Positions 23,901 through 38,900 of a stretch of DNA of 64,000 bases are shown here, piece by piece. A program made the translations under genes and the position numbers. Every line of letters starts with the position of its first letter. The first letter of the stretch is position 1. The notes under the pieces were generated by a model. The model searched no databases and had not been told where the DNA came from. It worked only from the letters and a program-made list of their open reading frames with translations. The DNA comes from Epiperipatus broadwayi (taxonomy: Eukaryota > Animalia > Onychophora), in contig JAQFVV010000006.1 of assembly GCA_028023455.1 (NCBI GenBank), forward strand, positions 8,742,001 through 8,806,000, read 5' to 3'.

Positions 23901-26900
23901 CTCTTCTTTAGAATGTCTGAGATATTTTTAAAATGTAAACCGCCTCTCCCACAAGATCTATATTTGAGTTCACTATAAAACACGTTTTTTAGGGAAGTCT
24001 TGTACTATTCATTAAGCCTAGGAAATGCAAGAAAGATTTTCCAATGAGATTCCATGGTATCATATTCAGCAAGTTAAAGAACATATTGATTGATTTTTAT
24101 AATTTTACCAGTTTTTTTGTAAAATATGGAATATATTTAAATGAAAATTTTTCGGTGACTTTATGTTACATTTGAATCATTCACTTTCAGATGGTGAATT
24201 TAATATAAAAAAAAATAGCTGTATATACCGCTAATTTAGTTGAATAAGTAAGTATTTCAATGCAATGAAATAATTACAATTTTATTTTATTAAAATCTGT
24301 GTTTTTTCTCATCTTTATATTTAAAAATCTTCAAGGTATGTAAATTGATTTACATTCTCAAGTTGATAACTATGCAAGATGAGAATTGATGATTATTTTT
24401 CCTTTCAAATGGCTAATAAAATCATTCGTTTTTTTAGCACTAATTACTAGAATGAAGCTTCTATATGTTGTATTCAAAAAGTCCAAGGTACATTCTGTAG
24501 GTTGTCTCTTAAATCGCAAGGATATCACAGTCATCATCACATAAGTCCAAGAGTCAGGAAGATTAAATTTTTGCTTTTAATCAATTCAAATTCTATCACT
24601 TACTTGTAAACCGTTTCAAAGATTATTCTCAAAAAAATCAAAACCAAACTTGGAATTAGTGTACATCCTTCTTTAATAGTAGTTTCAAATGCTTTAGACT
24701 TTTTTCCTGTAGTAACACTTTCTCATTCCATTATGTGCAAACTGTATAGTACAAGTCAACTTTAGGACAACTAATTAATTTCAAACAATACAAAAAACCT
24801 TTTTGATTCATTGCATCAGATGTCTTAGCAATATTAATAAAAGCAATCTACAAATCACTTCTGTTCCTAACACATTTTTTGCATTTTACTACTAATAATA
24901 AAAATATAATATTAATTTCATTTATGTTATTTAATAATAAACATATTTATAGTATTTTGTTTTTTTATTCTCTAAAACCATTTTGAATCTCTGGTAACTT
25001 CGTGTATTATTGAAAACATTCACTAAAATCTTCAATATATCTTTTCTATAGATTCGTCTATTACTTTGGACAATTGAATCACCCTTAAGATCAGATTGCA
25101 CAATTTCACGAGTCCCTTTATTTGTAAAAATATTTCAATATTTTTGAGGCTTTTATATCATCACCATCTTTTAAAACTTCTCCAAATATGTCATTAGGAC
25201 CAGCAATCTTTCCATTTTTAAAAATATCAGCAAACTGTTTTAACTTCACTATGTCAAATATCTTTGTTCAAATCTAAAGACCATGGATATGTCATTAAAA
25301 GTATATCAATTCATTTATTATTATTCAAAAGATTAAAATAGTTCTTTTACCCTTCAAAATATTATTCTCATCATATAATAATAGGTCATCAATGGATTTA
25401 ATAAAATTGTGATGTTTTTCAGATCCATTTTTTACCGTCAATGTTTCAATAAAAAAGATCTAAAGTGACCATGATCAGTGAATGTTTTTTTTTTTTCTGT
25501 GCCTTTTTATGTCAGTCATTAAACTTAGGCCTTTAAATCTTTAATGCGGATTATAAAGCTTCACATTCAATTTATTATTCTGCCAAGTAAAAAAATGCCA
25601 TATTTTTTTTAATCAAGTCATTAATTATAGAATTATTATCAGAGAAACAATCATGGTTCTTTCTTTATTTTAGTGAACCCAAGAATAAATTTATTTATAT
25701 TCGCAATTTTTCTTAAGAGAGTTCCAAACCACACTAATATGCAGTTTTGAAAGTCGAAATTTATTACATATAATAGACTCTTTTAAAGAACAAACATTAT
25801 TTACCGATATGTTTGGAATAAGATCCTAATACAACTGTTTAATCTTGGAACATATTAATCTATGACCTTACCAACAATCTATATTAATACCTGTTCATGT
25901 AATATGAATTTCTCCTGTTTTCTTCCTCCTAACTATAATATTTATTAAATACCATTGTTTTGAATATGGATGATTTATGGTTTTTTTATAGTGGTTTTTC
26001 GAACTAAATAATTTGTTGATTAGTCTTTTAATATAGTAATATAATTTAGTCCGTAAAAATGCAATCTATTCAAATTTTAGTCATTATGCTAAATAGTTGG
26101 GTTAATGTCATATAGCATGGCACACCTGAGATTTAAATGCGTATTACATCCAAATAATTTTATATCTCAAACAGAATATAGATAGGAAAAAGTTGAAACG
26201 TTGGCTCATCTGTCACTCTATTAATATATTTGAACAGAAATAAATGCTTCTTCAGATAAAAATTGCTTGGTGAAAATTTCAGATTTGCTGTGCATTTGTC
26301 AATAGAAGAAATTTTCTTGTGTGTTTTACTAAATACGTTTCTAAACACCGTGTTAGGAAAAATGTAAAAATGCATGCGTGTAATAGTCCGGTGATAATTA
26401 TCAAATTATCATTTTCAATAAGTTATTGTACACTCCAAATATGAAGCATTTCAATCGTTTGTTAATAGTATTTGGAAATTATCTCTTGATTATTACCTAT
26501 TCAATGTTTGTCTTTTGTGCATATAGTTATAAAATGAGTAAAACAGCTCGTTTTTTAAAATCTAAATATCAGTCATTTCAAAATCAATTTGCTTCAAATA
26601 TTTATGTTATAAATGATCGTAGTATTCAATGAAATAGCCATTTTTTATTATAAAAAGTTATTTATTGAACATGGCAGTTAATGATGAACAGTTCAATTAC
26701 TCATTAATATTACCAAAATTAAAGTAAAAATGGCTCTGAAGAAGACTGTAGGACAGTCGAAATGAGAGTTTGTGTATGCATATATGTACCATAAAAGGTT
26801 TTTTGCTAAAAAATGTTCAAAATAGAGTAGATAAATCGCATTTATACTTGTTAATAGAAATTAGAAATTATCACTTTAATATTATTTATTTTTGGTGTAT

Positions 26901-29900
26901 TATTTATCATTATATATATATAGTATGTCAAGGTTACATTTCTAAATAGGCTTTTTTTATATACAGATAATACCATTGGAGGTAATTTTAGAACAAGGCC
27001 AAGGAGAAGATCACAACAAGCATCTTGATAGGTTAAAAGCATTAGCAATTTCTGTCTTTTCTCAGTGTCGAAGATCACTTGCACATATGGTTACTGCAAA
27101 GTCTTTGACTGGCCTCGGACCGGCTGCATCACAGGAAGCGTTTCTTAAATCAAAAGATGTAATATTTGCTTTTTTAATGTTTTTTTTTTTTCAGTCCCAG
27201 GTTAAAAAGGTATATTAACATTTTTTATTTCATAATTTTAAGGAGAAAAATGCCGGTCCTTTGAAACTTTATAGTCCTACCTATACATTGGCACCAATGA
27301 AAGATAAAAACACAGAATTAGGAGAATCATTTGGCGAACGAAAAGAAAAATGTACAGTTCTTTTTTGTAATTATTGCCTGTCTGATGATCAGCGGTGGCT
27401 TTTAGCTTCTTGCACAGATGATCGCGGTGAACTTTTAGAAACTTGTATTTTTAATATTGAAATTCCCAATAGGTAAGAATGCATTTATTTATAGCAGTAC
27501 CTCCTATCTATAATTTGTTTTTAGTAATCTAAAAATCTCCCACCCCCTTCCCTTTTTATGTTCAATTTCTGTAATTTTTGTTTATCACATTATTGTCTTA
27601 TTTTTTATGTTTTCATGTAAGTGATTTTAAGATCTTTGTTAAACCAATTTTCATATTAATAATTAAATGATATATTTATGGTAATATTAGTGACTTCAGT
27701 ATTCTTTTGCTGTCATATATAAGCCTTGAATAAACAATGAACACAAGATAACAATGTCTTTGCAGTAAAAATAATGCAGAAATGCAAGCTAAAAGAAAAG
27801 TGAAAAATTTATTTATTCTTTTAATTTATATTATTTCATTTTAGGAACCGCCGAAAAAAGGCATCAGCAAGAAAAGTGGGTCTTCAAAAATTGTGGGAAT
27901 TTCTACTTGGTATTGTTTCATTAACCACAATACCATGCCGGGTTGTTATAGGGCGTCTTGGTCGTCTTGGGCATGGAGAACTTAAAGGTTAGTTATTAAC
28001 CACCACCATCCATTTATATTTTATGTCTGTTTAGAAAACCTCATTTTTAAAATGTGTATTATTTTGCTAATAGGCTGGAGCAGTATCTTAAGTCGCAAGT
28101 CAATGCTGCGTGCTAGCAAACATTTGAAGGATATCTGCAAACAATGCAGCTACATGGGTGTGCAGGATACGCCTTGCATTTTGAGTGCCTGTCTTGTATC
28201 GCTAGAACCAGATCCGTCTCTTCAAGTCATGCCAGATTCTTTTACACAAGATGATCGCTTTGGCAGTTCAAGTAGCCTGTGTACTCTAAGCACTCCTCAT
28301 GATGCATCCTGTACACATATCTTAGTATTTCCTACTTCTGCCACCACTCAGGTAAGAAATAAAATGCAATTCATAAGTAAAGATTTTACTAAGCAGATTA
28401 CTAAATAAAAATAGACCGTTATATATAATCATATTACATGAATACCATGTGGCCAAGTCTTGGTCTGAAACATTAGACCTTTTTAAAATTTTTAAAAGTA
28501 CTAACTTGAAAAATATAATGAGCATCTTGTGCATTAATTCCAGCTTAGAATTTTAGTTTTCATTGGCAAAAAATCAAATGCCAGAAATTAGTCAATCTGC
28601 TGATAGGAGGCCTGATTACTTTTGCTAATAATAGATAGCTCTAGATTAGTGTACAGATAACTGCTCTTGAAATCACATACTAGAGGCGATATTGAGATTG
28701 AAATCATTAAAATAGAAGCACAAACATATGGAGCATGAAGTTACTGTAATATATATTTTATCATTTATTTTTGGTGCGTTTTTATGTTTATATTTTTTTT
28801 TTTGCTGCGAATTTAATCCATAATGGCTACAATGTAGTCCATTAACATACAGATTACAAGCAGTATTTCATACTGCTCCTAGGAAAACTATTTGTTTTAC
28901 ATAAATATCGTTTCAAATTAGATTTTTTTATGTATTAAAATATTTATATAAAATAATTTAATAAGTAGGGTCATAAAAATGAAGAAATAAAATCATTTTT
29001 GTTTAACTGATTCAGTTAATGGCTTTCTTATAATCATTTATTATAATGAAATAAATTTGCTTTTTATTATTGTTGCCATTAATTACAATAACTTAAATTT
29101 CTTGGGGGGGGGGGGATAAAAGCTGTCATTTCAAAGAGATAATAAAAATTTATGGTCATAAGACTACAAAATGGTGTGAGGTACCGCTAAATCAGAAAGG
29201 GGGGGGGGGGCATAAAATTTAAATTATACAAACTAAATTCAAGTTAGTTGATTTTTGCAAAATAAAAACATGCTATTTAGTTTAAAAAATAATATGTAAT
29301 TAATTAAGGCATTTGAAAATTGATAGCGATATCACTTATTGATTAGATGATTGTTGGTTAAATCATATGATAGGAACATATTTTTGAAAATATGAAGCAG
29401 AAGAGAAATTGAAGTGGAAAAATTTGAGAATATGTAAAAGAAAGGGATGGGAAAGCATGATTAATTTAAAATTAGCAGTTACAAGTGTCTGAAGAGGTTC
29501 AGGAAGACTAAAATACTGATTGTGATGTTGATATGCCACATCTACGTTTTTAGCATATGAAGTGTTATGTAGTAAATATTTAAAGACTTAATTATTAATA
29601 ATGTGTTTTCTGGTTATTTAGATCATTGAAGACAATAATTTTAATAACTTTTAATTCATATGTTTACAATTTTAATGCTGAAGTTTCTGTTTACTTTATA
29701 TTAAAATATTTCATAAATAAACCTGTACTGTTAAATTTATTGTAATTTTTTTTTTTTTTAATAGGCTAATCCGTCAACATTCCCTGCAGAGAATATAGAT
29801 TTAGGTGGTAATCTGGCAGATGAGGATTTCTTAATGTCAGCATTAAATGAGGATTTACAAGATGATCAGGATTTAAATTTGAATGCCATTTTTAATCTGG

Positions 29901-32900
29901 CGGAATCTCCGGTTCAAAGTCCTGTTGGTTCACCTCGTTTGGAGTCACGTTCACAACCAGGCTCTCCTATTATGACCACTTGCGGCCGACATTCACCATT
30001 CCAAACAAATGGACCCAACAAAAGCTGTGGAGGACCATCATTGTTAACACCTGACCAGCCAGAAGAGGCTCCGATGTTATTACAACAGCCACTTGCATTA
30101 GGCTATTATGTATCTACTGCCAAAACTGGCGCTCTTCCCAGCTGGTTCTGGAGCTCATGTCCACATGCCCAGAATGCTTGCCCTGCCTTCCTTAAAGTAA
30201 GTTATATGTGTTATTTTAATTTTTGTCATTAAAATTATCTGTACAAAAATATTGTAAAACTTTCATTAATATTTTTATAATAACAACAAAATATCAAAGT
30301 TGAGTAATTTGGCATAAAAAAAAATAGTCGATTGATAAATAATGCAAACTTATGTTATATTTTATAGTATTTTTTAAAAAGGAAAATTAATATAATTTAT
30401 TAAAAATATAAACTAATCAAAAGTTTTGATCAAACATTAACAATGATAAGTTGCTGAATGTCCATCAGAAATGCTAGTCTGAATTCAAATGAGTCTTAAC
30501 AATTCTGGAGGTCCCTTTTAATGTTTATTAGTCCAAAAACATTCAGTAGATGTATGAGAGCTTCTGTCACTGGATTGACGTAATGTAGTTGATGAGTCAT
30601 GGTTGTATGTCAAAATCCCCTGGCATTTAGATTCACATAAGCTTATCATTCATTGCAGTGAATGACTGAGCCAGGTGCACATTCTCTTTCAATAATGGAG
30701 GGCAGAATGTATCCTGTCTTGGCATGATACACAGAAAAACAGCAAGCAGACCTTTTTAAACTAAACATTCCGGGTTTTTATATCACAATGACATGGATGG
30801 TTTGATCCTGCAACGAAGATAGTTTATTGCCTTATAATATCCTCTTAGGATTGTATTTTTAATGATTTACAAATCTTGCTTCGCCTATTTTAATTGTTTC
30901 TTCGAAAGTAACCACCATTTACCTTCTTGTTTTGATGTATATGATATGTGAGCAAACTCCCCTCTAGAAATTGAACCAAATCCACTACTGTATTAATAGA
31001 TTTTCCTGTAAACTCTAACTATCGTTAAAAAGTCAAAATTACTCTGCCATTTGACAATCTGCATTTGGCATAAGGCATTTTGTGGTCTATTTCATATCAT
31101 ATTGCCACAAAAATGTCAATGCATTATGTTTATTGGCAATTAATTGGCTACAATATTCTTTTAGAAACACGGTGAAATGCAAATTTGCAACAAAATAGGA
31201 AAAGTGTATGCTATGCAAAGCAGTGAAAATTTATTTGACAAGCATGTGCAAACAGCAATCGACATCCAACCCAAATATTAGTTGTGTTATTTTTAAATAG
31301 AAATTATCAAATTTAATTCATATTGAAAATGGTTTGTTTTAAAAATAAATTGTTTCAAAAAATGATAATAAATAATGGAAATTGTTTGAATTTTTCTATT
31401 TGACATCCTGAGATTACTTTTTTTGTCAAGGCACATGCAACGTCATACTATCAAATTTAGTGGAAATACGATGTCCATTGTGTTTTGAATAGAAATTATC
31501 AATTTTAATTCATATCGAATGAAAAAAATAAATAGTTTGTTTCAAGAACAATAATAAATAATGAATATTGTTTGAATTTTTCTCTTTATCAACTAGCATA
31601 TGTTGTATGGTTTTAGTGCTTCTATTTGCTATATAAAGCTGAAATCCGTTAATTAGGACATTTACTATATGAGTACCTCAATTTGTGAGATTTTTGATAC
31701 ATGTTAACTGAAATACAAGCTTATTATATACCTGTATCAATATATTTAATATATGTAGGGTATATATGAGCACAGACTTTCACACGACCCATAACTCTCC
31801 ACTATTTCATAACACTGATACACTTGAACACATATATGTCGAAAAGATAAATAATCACCAATATACGTATTTCATGTTCCAGATTATCATCTCTACACAT
31901 ATGCAATATTATGCTCAGATATATATTAAAGATAGCCAAACTTCACACTTTGATGGTTTAACACGAAATACGTGTATTGGTGATTATTTATCTTTTCAAC
32001 ATATATGTGTTCAAGTGTATCAGTGTTATGAGGTAGAGTGGAGAGTTGTGAATTGTGTGAAAGTCTGATTCATGTTAATGCAAAAGTAGTAAGATCAAAA
32101 GTATTTAGAAAGTCAGTATTAACATGGATATTCCTCATCTTCGGAAACATTCCAATAAACCTATATCACAATTTGTTAATCATTTAAAAGTATTGATGGT
32201 CTTTGAAGATAGTTTATACTTGAATCAATAAATCAATTGATATTCTATTTAGAACTGCAACAAAGATAGATAGTTCAAAAAATGAATATGAAAATATCCA
32301 TTAGCAAGAATTAAATAAGTTGTGTAAAATGGTATGAAAAAGAATTAATAATGATGTTATAAGGTAGAAATGCTATAAGAAGAAAATAAAAACAATATCT
32401 TGATACTGTAAGAAAAATAAAATATTTCAATAATCGGAAGAAATAATGGAAATGTTATTTAAAAAAGAATACATCATGAATTGTGTGGAGGAATTCTACA
32501 AATAATTAAATGATAATAAAGAACATGAAAACAGAACATCCGCTACAATTGCATCCTCTAAATTGTCATGGGTTATTGACATCATAAAAGAAGCAAAAAG
32601 TACATTTTATATGTCAATGATAAAGGTATTCCAAATGGGTGGAAGAATTCATTAGAAATATTGGTGTTTAAGAAAGGTAGTAAAGATCATTGGAAATTAT
32701 AATCCCATTAGTCTTTTATAAATTTTATACAAAATCTTTACCAAGATAAATGCTCCATTTGAAAACTCGACACAGAGAAATATTGGTTTAAGCAACGTGA
32801 TGATAATGCCAATCTCTTATAATCTTTTGAATTATAATCTTTCTCTGAAAGGGCATGGATTACTATACCCACGTTGAATACAAATGGGCTATATTAGTAA

Positions 32901-35900
32901 AAGTTCACAGGTAGTCTCCTTAACCAATCTTTCTTTGTGTTTAATGGGTTTAATGTCACTAGCATATTAACTTTACATTATTATAATTGTTTTGCATCTT
33001 TGAGTAAAACCAAACCATATATAAAAACTATTTAAATATGTACCTATATATTTTTAGTCTGCCTTACATATTCACTGCCCTTCTGTACAACAGAGTAATG
33101 ATGATCCTCTACATTCAACGCACACCAAAAATTCCCACCCTCTTGATTCAAATCTTACAACAGATGTTCTCAGGTAAGTTTGACTTTGTAAATGTACCTT
33201 AAAACTAAAATTCATAATTACAAGAAGCTTTCATTATTTATTTATTTGTTAAACATTTATTTATTATTACAAGTACTCCTACTGATACATGAAGTAAAGT
33301 TTTTTAATATTTAGTGTTATAAAATACTAAAAACAATAAATTTATAGAATTGACCAAAATTATAATCACTTTGATTTGCTATCATCAGTTTACATTATTT
33401 TCGATAATAATTTCTAATTTATTCTTGCTTTTTTGGTTACAATTCCGCTGACTGGTTTCTGCTTAAAATATTTTGAGGAAATATAACTTTTTTTGAGAGT
33501 ATATGTTTTTTTAATTGAGTAATTGAAATTAACATTGTAGACTTTATCTTTTTTTTTGCTGTGTGCTTTTAAAAATAGGTCAGTTTTTTTCCTCATACAT
33601 TTTATTTAAAAACTTAGTCTTCTTCAAATAATATAAACTTTGAAAACCCATTTAACTTAACTAGTACTGCATATTCACTTTTCTTTTCCTTGTAAAATCT
33701 TTTAGTGTTATTTTTTTTTTATATTAAAAAGTTATGTTTTGTATATTGCTAAAAATTAAATTAATTAACTGTAGAATATTAACCATTAGTAGCCCATCAT
33801 AATTGAATTTATATATTTTGACTTTAGAAGATAATAAATAAGAAATAAAAAGTTAAAATTAATTTTGCAAGAACTCCGCAAATTCAATTCACGAGCCACA
33901 TATATATATATATTCACATTCGCAGCTAGTTGAACTTTTGGACCTATAAGTACAAAATGTTAAAAAGGATCTTTTTTAATATTTATAGCGTATACCTTAA
34001 TAGTTTTTTGAATATCTGTTTTGTTATATTATCTGTTTGTTGTCGGTTACATTGAAATAGATATACTTAGGGATAATCATTCTAGATCTGTAACCTAGAT
34101 AAAGTTAGCACACTAAAACAACCATGTATGCAGGAAAAAACTTAAATTTAAATGTTTATAAAATTAACTGCAATACAATTAGATTTTAATGAAAACTAAA
34201 ATTCATTTTCAAAAAAAATTTACACCATAAACTAACTTTCAATTCACATCTTCATAAAATTTTACAGATCGTTAATTTCAAAAGTTAGTCCATGCTTCCA
34301 TCTCATTATGTCTTATAATTATAATGGTGTGCAGTTAGCCATAAACTTCTTTACAGGACAGTACTAATAAGAGATTGAGCAAAAAATTATTTGCATAACT
34401 GTATTGGTTGATCTTTCTACAAAATGACTTTTGTGCTATTCCCTGTTCATTTGCGATTGATCAATCCATATTAGCAAAAAAAAAAAAGTTTTCTTTAGTT
34501 CATTTGCTTTTGAGATTTCCTTAACAATGTAAATTGTTCAAATTGGAAATCTCTTTTTATTATCTGAACATTTTTTAATTCATCATTTTTTTAAAGTAGC
34601 ATACTGTATTCAGACCTTAAATATCGCTGACTATTTTACAGTTTTTTTTTTAGAAACTCTTTTATTTATTTTTTTTCATTGCATTAAAGTTAAAATTAAA
34701 ATTTATAAAATCAGACTATAAATAATTTGCATCAGAAATTTGCTATAATAATAAATGCAAATGAGTTCCAAAAATCATAATGAAAATTTCTATTTTACTT
34801 AAAATTGAAATAGTTTGGTTACTCAGCCAGAAGTACTAGTTGTAACATTTGGTACATCAACTATTGACATTATTGATTTAATTATTTTTGTATTACCATC
34901 TAAGACTTCCCCAAACTGTACTTTCGTTTATAGGATGTCAAATTTTGCTTTTATTGTTTAAAGCTAAAATTGTCTCAGTACATGTATCTGGGAGAATACT
35001 TTTACATAAGCATATGTACAATATTTTTACTGCTAGAAATAGAAAAACTTTGCAAAGCAAATTGATTACTAAATTTTAGCTTTCATAGAAATTATAATTT
35101 TAAATTAAACATAGTTCAACATTTATAATGTCTTTATGTCATATCTTGGGAGAGGGTGATTTACTTTCTTTGCTTAGAAATTATAATGATTTTTTTTTTA
35201 ATGCCAACATACAATCAGATTTCAAATCCTGAATTTTAGGGCTAATGATTAAAGTTATGACAATATATGCATACATCTAAGGAATAGTTTTTATTAATTA
35301 AGAATATGTATCATAATTTTATTTTTACATATAAAAAGTAAACAAACTAAATTGATTACTAAATTTTAACACTTAGGTTTCTGTCTCTTTTTTTAGAACT
35401 TTTAATATCTTTTAAGTAAGGCTCATAAGAGGGCCATATAGATATTTTTTTTGTGTGCTTTCAATTTATAGTTATATTTTAAAATTAAGGATTAACTGAT
35501 TGCATACCCAGGCACCATATTGAATTTTAAAAAAAAACTGACTTGAGACACAATTCTCACAATAACTTCAGTTTTAATGTTAGAGCAAAACAGCTATATT
35601 ACATTGATAGAAACTAGAAAAACTAAGGAAAACAATAAGGTTCAAGACATATAGTGATTACCATTTAAGAAATAAGAAAAAAAAGAAATATCAACATCTG
35701 ACATAATTATTACTTTATTGTTTGTCTATAATTTCTAATTTATCATTAAGTTTAAATTTCATCTTTATTGATAATTTTTTTGTATTCCTCACAAAATTAT
35801 TTTTCAAACCATATATAATACTTCTTACCTGAGACAATCCATAGCTTCAGAATCTCCAAAAATATTTGCATAAGAATTCTTCATTTTTATCTTGTACCTC

Positions 35901-38900
35901 AAAAGTTAACAAATCTCAAAGGTATCTATAAAAACAAGATTCATCCTAATAAAAGATACAAAACAAATCATTTCCAGAAGGTGGACATACATTTGTCATC
36001 ATAGCAACTGGCTTCTTGTCTCTCTAACACTAGAAATTGTAGGCTACTGTCTGTATCACTGATAAAATGAGTTTCATCTCTTCATTTTATGTTTTTTGTG
36101 TACACCAGTGATGTTTATAATCTTTATGCACATCACTAAATGCTATCTTGTTATACTTATTGTCTCACAGAGATACCATTTATTTGCATATAGTTCATTT
36201 GCTAGTTATAGACTTGAAAAAAAAATGTGATGCAAGATATGGCAAAACTACTGATTCCACTACATGAGTATCAAGGCATAGGCAAGAATCAGAATTTGAT
36301 TCTTTGATTGCATACTATTTCATGTTGTATATACATAACCATTATGGCTATCATCACACACACACACCATTGGTTTTAAGTGTTGATGCTATGCCCAGTA
36401 AATTTTGTGATTGCTTTACTGCAATCTTTCTGTACATCTGATAATCAGTCTTAAAATTTATATTGCACTGCTCTATATATGTAAATCATTATTTGTTATA
36501 TAAACACAAACATGCAAATGCAAAGATAAATATATTAATACAAATATAAACATTAATAAATAATTAAACCTTTTGGGATTCATTATGTCTATAAAATAAG
36601 ATTGCCTCTAACTTCGATCAGAGACTCAAAATTACATTGTACATAAACCACTTTTGTTATAATTGAATACAACTTTATAAACTGTATAATAATATATAAT
36701 TTATATAGTACACACCAATACAAATGCAAACACATTAATAAATTATACCATTTATCAAATAATTAAAGAATTAAAATTGAATACTTACGACCGCTATCGC
36801 GTTGAAAGTCTTGAAATGCAAATTATCGGCATATTTTTAACACGTTTTATTATTGACTTTGCCTGATTAAACAAATCTGCCTTTATCTTCTCCATGCAAA
36901 CTACTAAACTCTGCAAAAAACAAAAGAATTAAATGAGTCTTTTACTAAAAATATTAATGAAATATTCAAATTTTATCCGATTTCAATTCGAGATACACCA
37001 TTTCAAAAAGATTTTCAAGCAGCAATGAGTGCTGGGTTTTCTGTTGCTGTCATGCTTATAGTTTTTGTGCAATTTAAAAAACAATTTCAATGAATCATCT
37101 GACGCAAGTGTATGACACGCTACAACAGAGCAACCCGTTAATAGATTTAAGTTCAATATAATTATGTTGAAATTTTGTACATTTTTTTTTTGGTACTAGT
37201 ATCGATGACAGTACAGATAGCTGGATGGCGCTATTTATACTCTAAAACGTTGAAATATAACTTAACTGGCCGCGACATTATTAAATATCGTGTTTTTATT
37301 TTTTTTTTATTAAATAAATTACTAAAATAAATAGTAAAGAACGTCTTTTTTCCTACCTTTTGTTTTTTTGACTTATTACTAAAGAACTGATTACATATGT
37401 TTTTATCTTAATTTTTGTTTTATTAAAGAAATAGTAAAGAATGTCTTTCTTCTTACCTTTTTTTAAAAATATTATTAAAGAATGATTAAATATCGTATTT
37501 TTATCTTAATTTTCTTTTTTTTAAATAAATAAAATAAATAGTTTTGACATATTATTAAAAGAACTGACAATTTTTAAAAAGTATATAGTAAACCCTTTAC
37601 TACAGTTTCCTTTTTTTCTTTTAATTGCCATGGGTTTTTTTTGAACAAAATATAAACGTCTTTTTATTGACATATTGACTTTATTTTTTTAATTGCCATA
37701 CCTTTAAAAAATAAGTTTGTAAACTTAACATTAAAAATCAAACAACTATAACAGATCAAACATCGTCGCTGGCAGTATGCGCCATTTTGTTGTTCTCTCG
37801 AAAATCTCGCGGATAACATCACTGTCAAATAAATCATATTTACAAACAAACTGTCTAATTTTATACCTTTCAAAACAAAAATTAAAAAAGTATGACTCAT
37901 AATTTTTACTACATAATAGTACGTAATTCGAGTGTAAAAGAAGAATTGATTTAATAATATTAAAAAATTGTGTTGAATTTAAATATACACACTCAAATTA
38001 TACGATATATAAGGCTCAATAGCGATCATTCGGAGAGTAAGAACAGGGTGTTTGAACCAAGTGTGAATTGCGAGAAATTAGCAGAACACCCTATAGGTCA
38101 TTACAGCCTGCCCTCAGAAATGGTATATTTAACTGTTTTTGAGGAGGAACAGCGCCATCCAGCGACCTGTACTGTCAATGATACTAGTTCCATTTTTTTT
38201 TAAATAAAAAGAAAAAATGCCAAACAATTTTCAACAGAATGTACACATAACAAATATGACTACTCGTATATATAATACACTCCACCGCTTGATGCACTGG
38301 TTTTTGCCCAATGCGCATCAATATACATGTTCATGGGCTGACAGTACAGTAAAATATACAGTAAATTTTAGACATTTATATTCGATCTTTTAATTTTTTT
38401 TTATATACGGTACTTTGTTGTTTTTTTAACACTTCTAAAATAGTATGGGTTTTTTTTTTTTTTGCACTAAAGCCTTAAACATTTTGTTTTTCTATCTGGG
38501 TATTTTTGTTATTTTTTATTTTTCATAAATATGGATTTTTTTGTTTTTTTTACTAAAGATGTAAACATTTCGTTTTTAATAAACAAGCACTTTGTTTTTT
38601 GATGGTGGAAGGGGGATTGGTTTGCTTTTTAATTATCGTCTTTTTACGTTTTTTTTTATATACTTTTTTTTAAACATTTATGCTACTGAAAAGTTCTTCT
38701 TTATTTTTAGATGGTGGAAAGGGGGTTGGTTTGCTTTTTAATTATCGACTTTCTTTGATATTTAATTTTTTTTTTAACATTTATGCTACCCAGAAGATGT
38801 TGCTTAATTTTTATGCTTTTTAAGAAATCCTTAAACATTTCATTTTTAATAAACCTAGAGTTTGTTTTTCAGTGGAGAGTAGGTTTAGTTTTCTTTTCAA

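Noticed and set aside
30575-30630. UUGAUGA-stem-AAAA degenerate HHR-like motif (similar weak one at ~8745-8790)
   Set aside because: Two or more core mismatches, no palindromic helix III and no sister copy in the window.
31766-32068. 100-aa ORF
   Set aside because: Runs through the F2 palindrome; no protein-like features.
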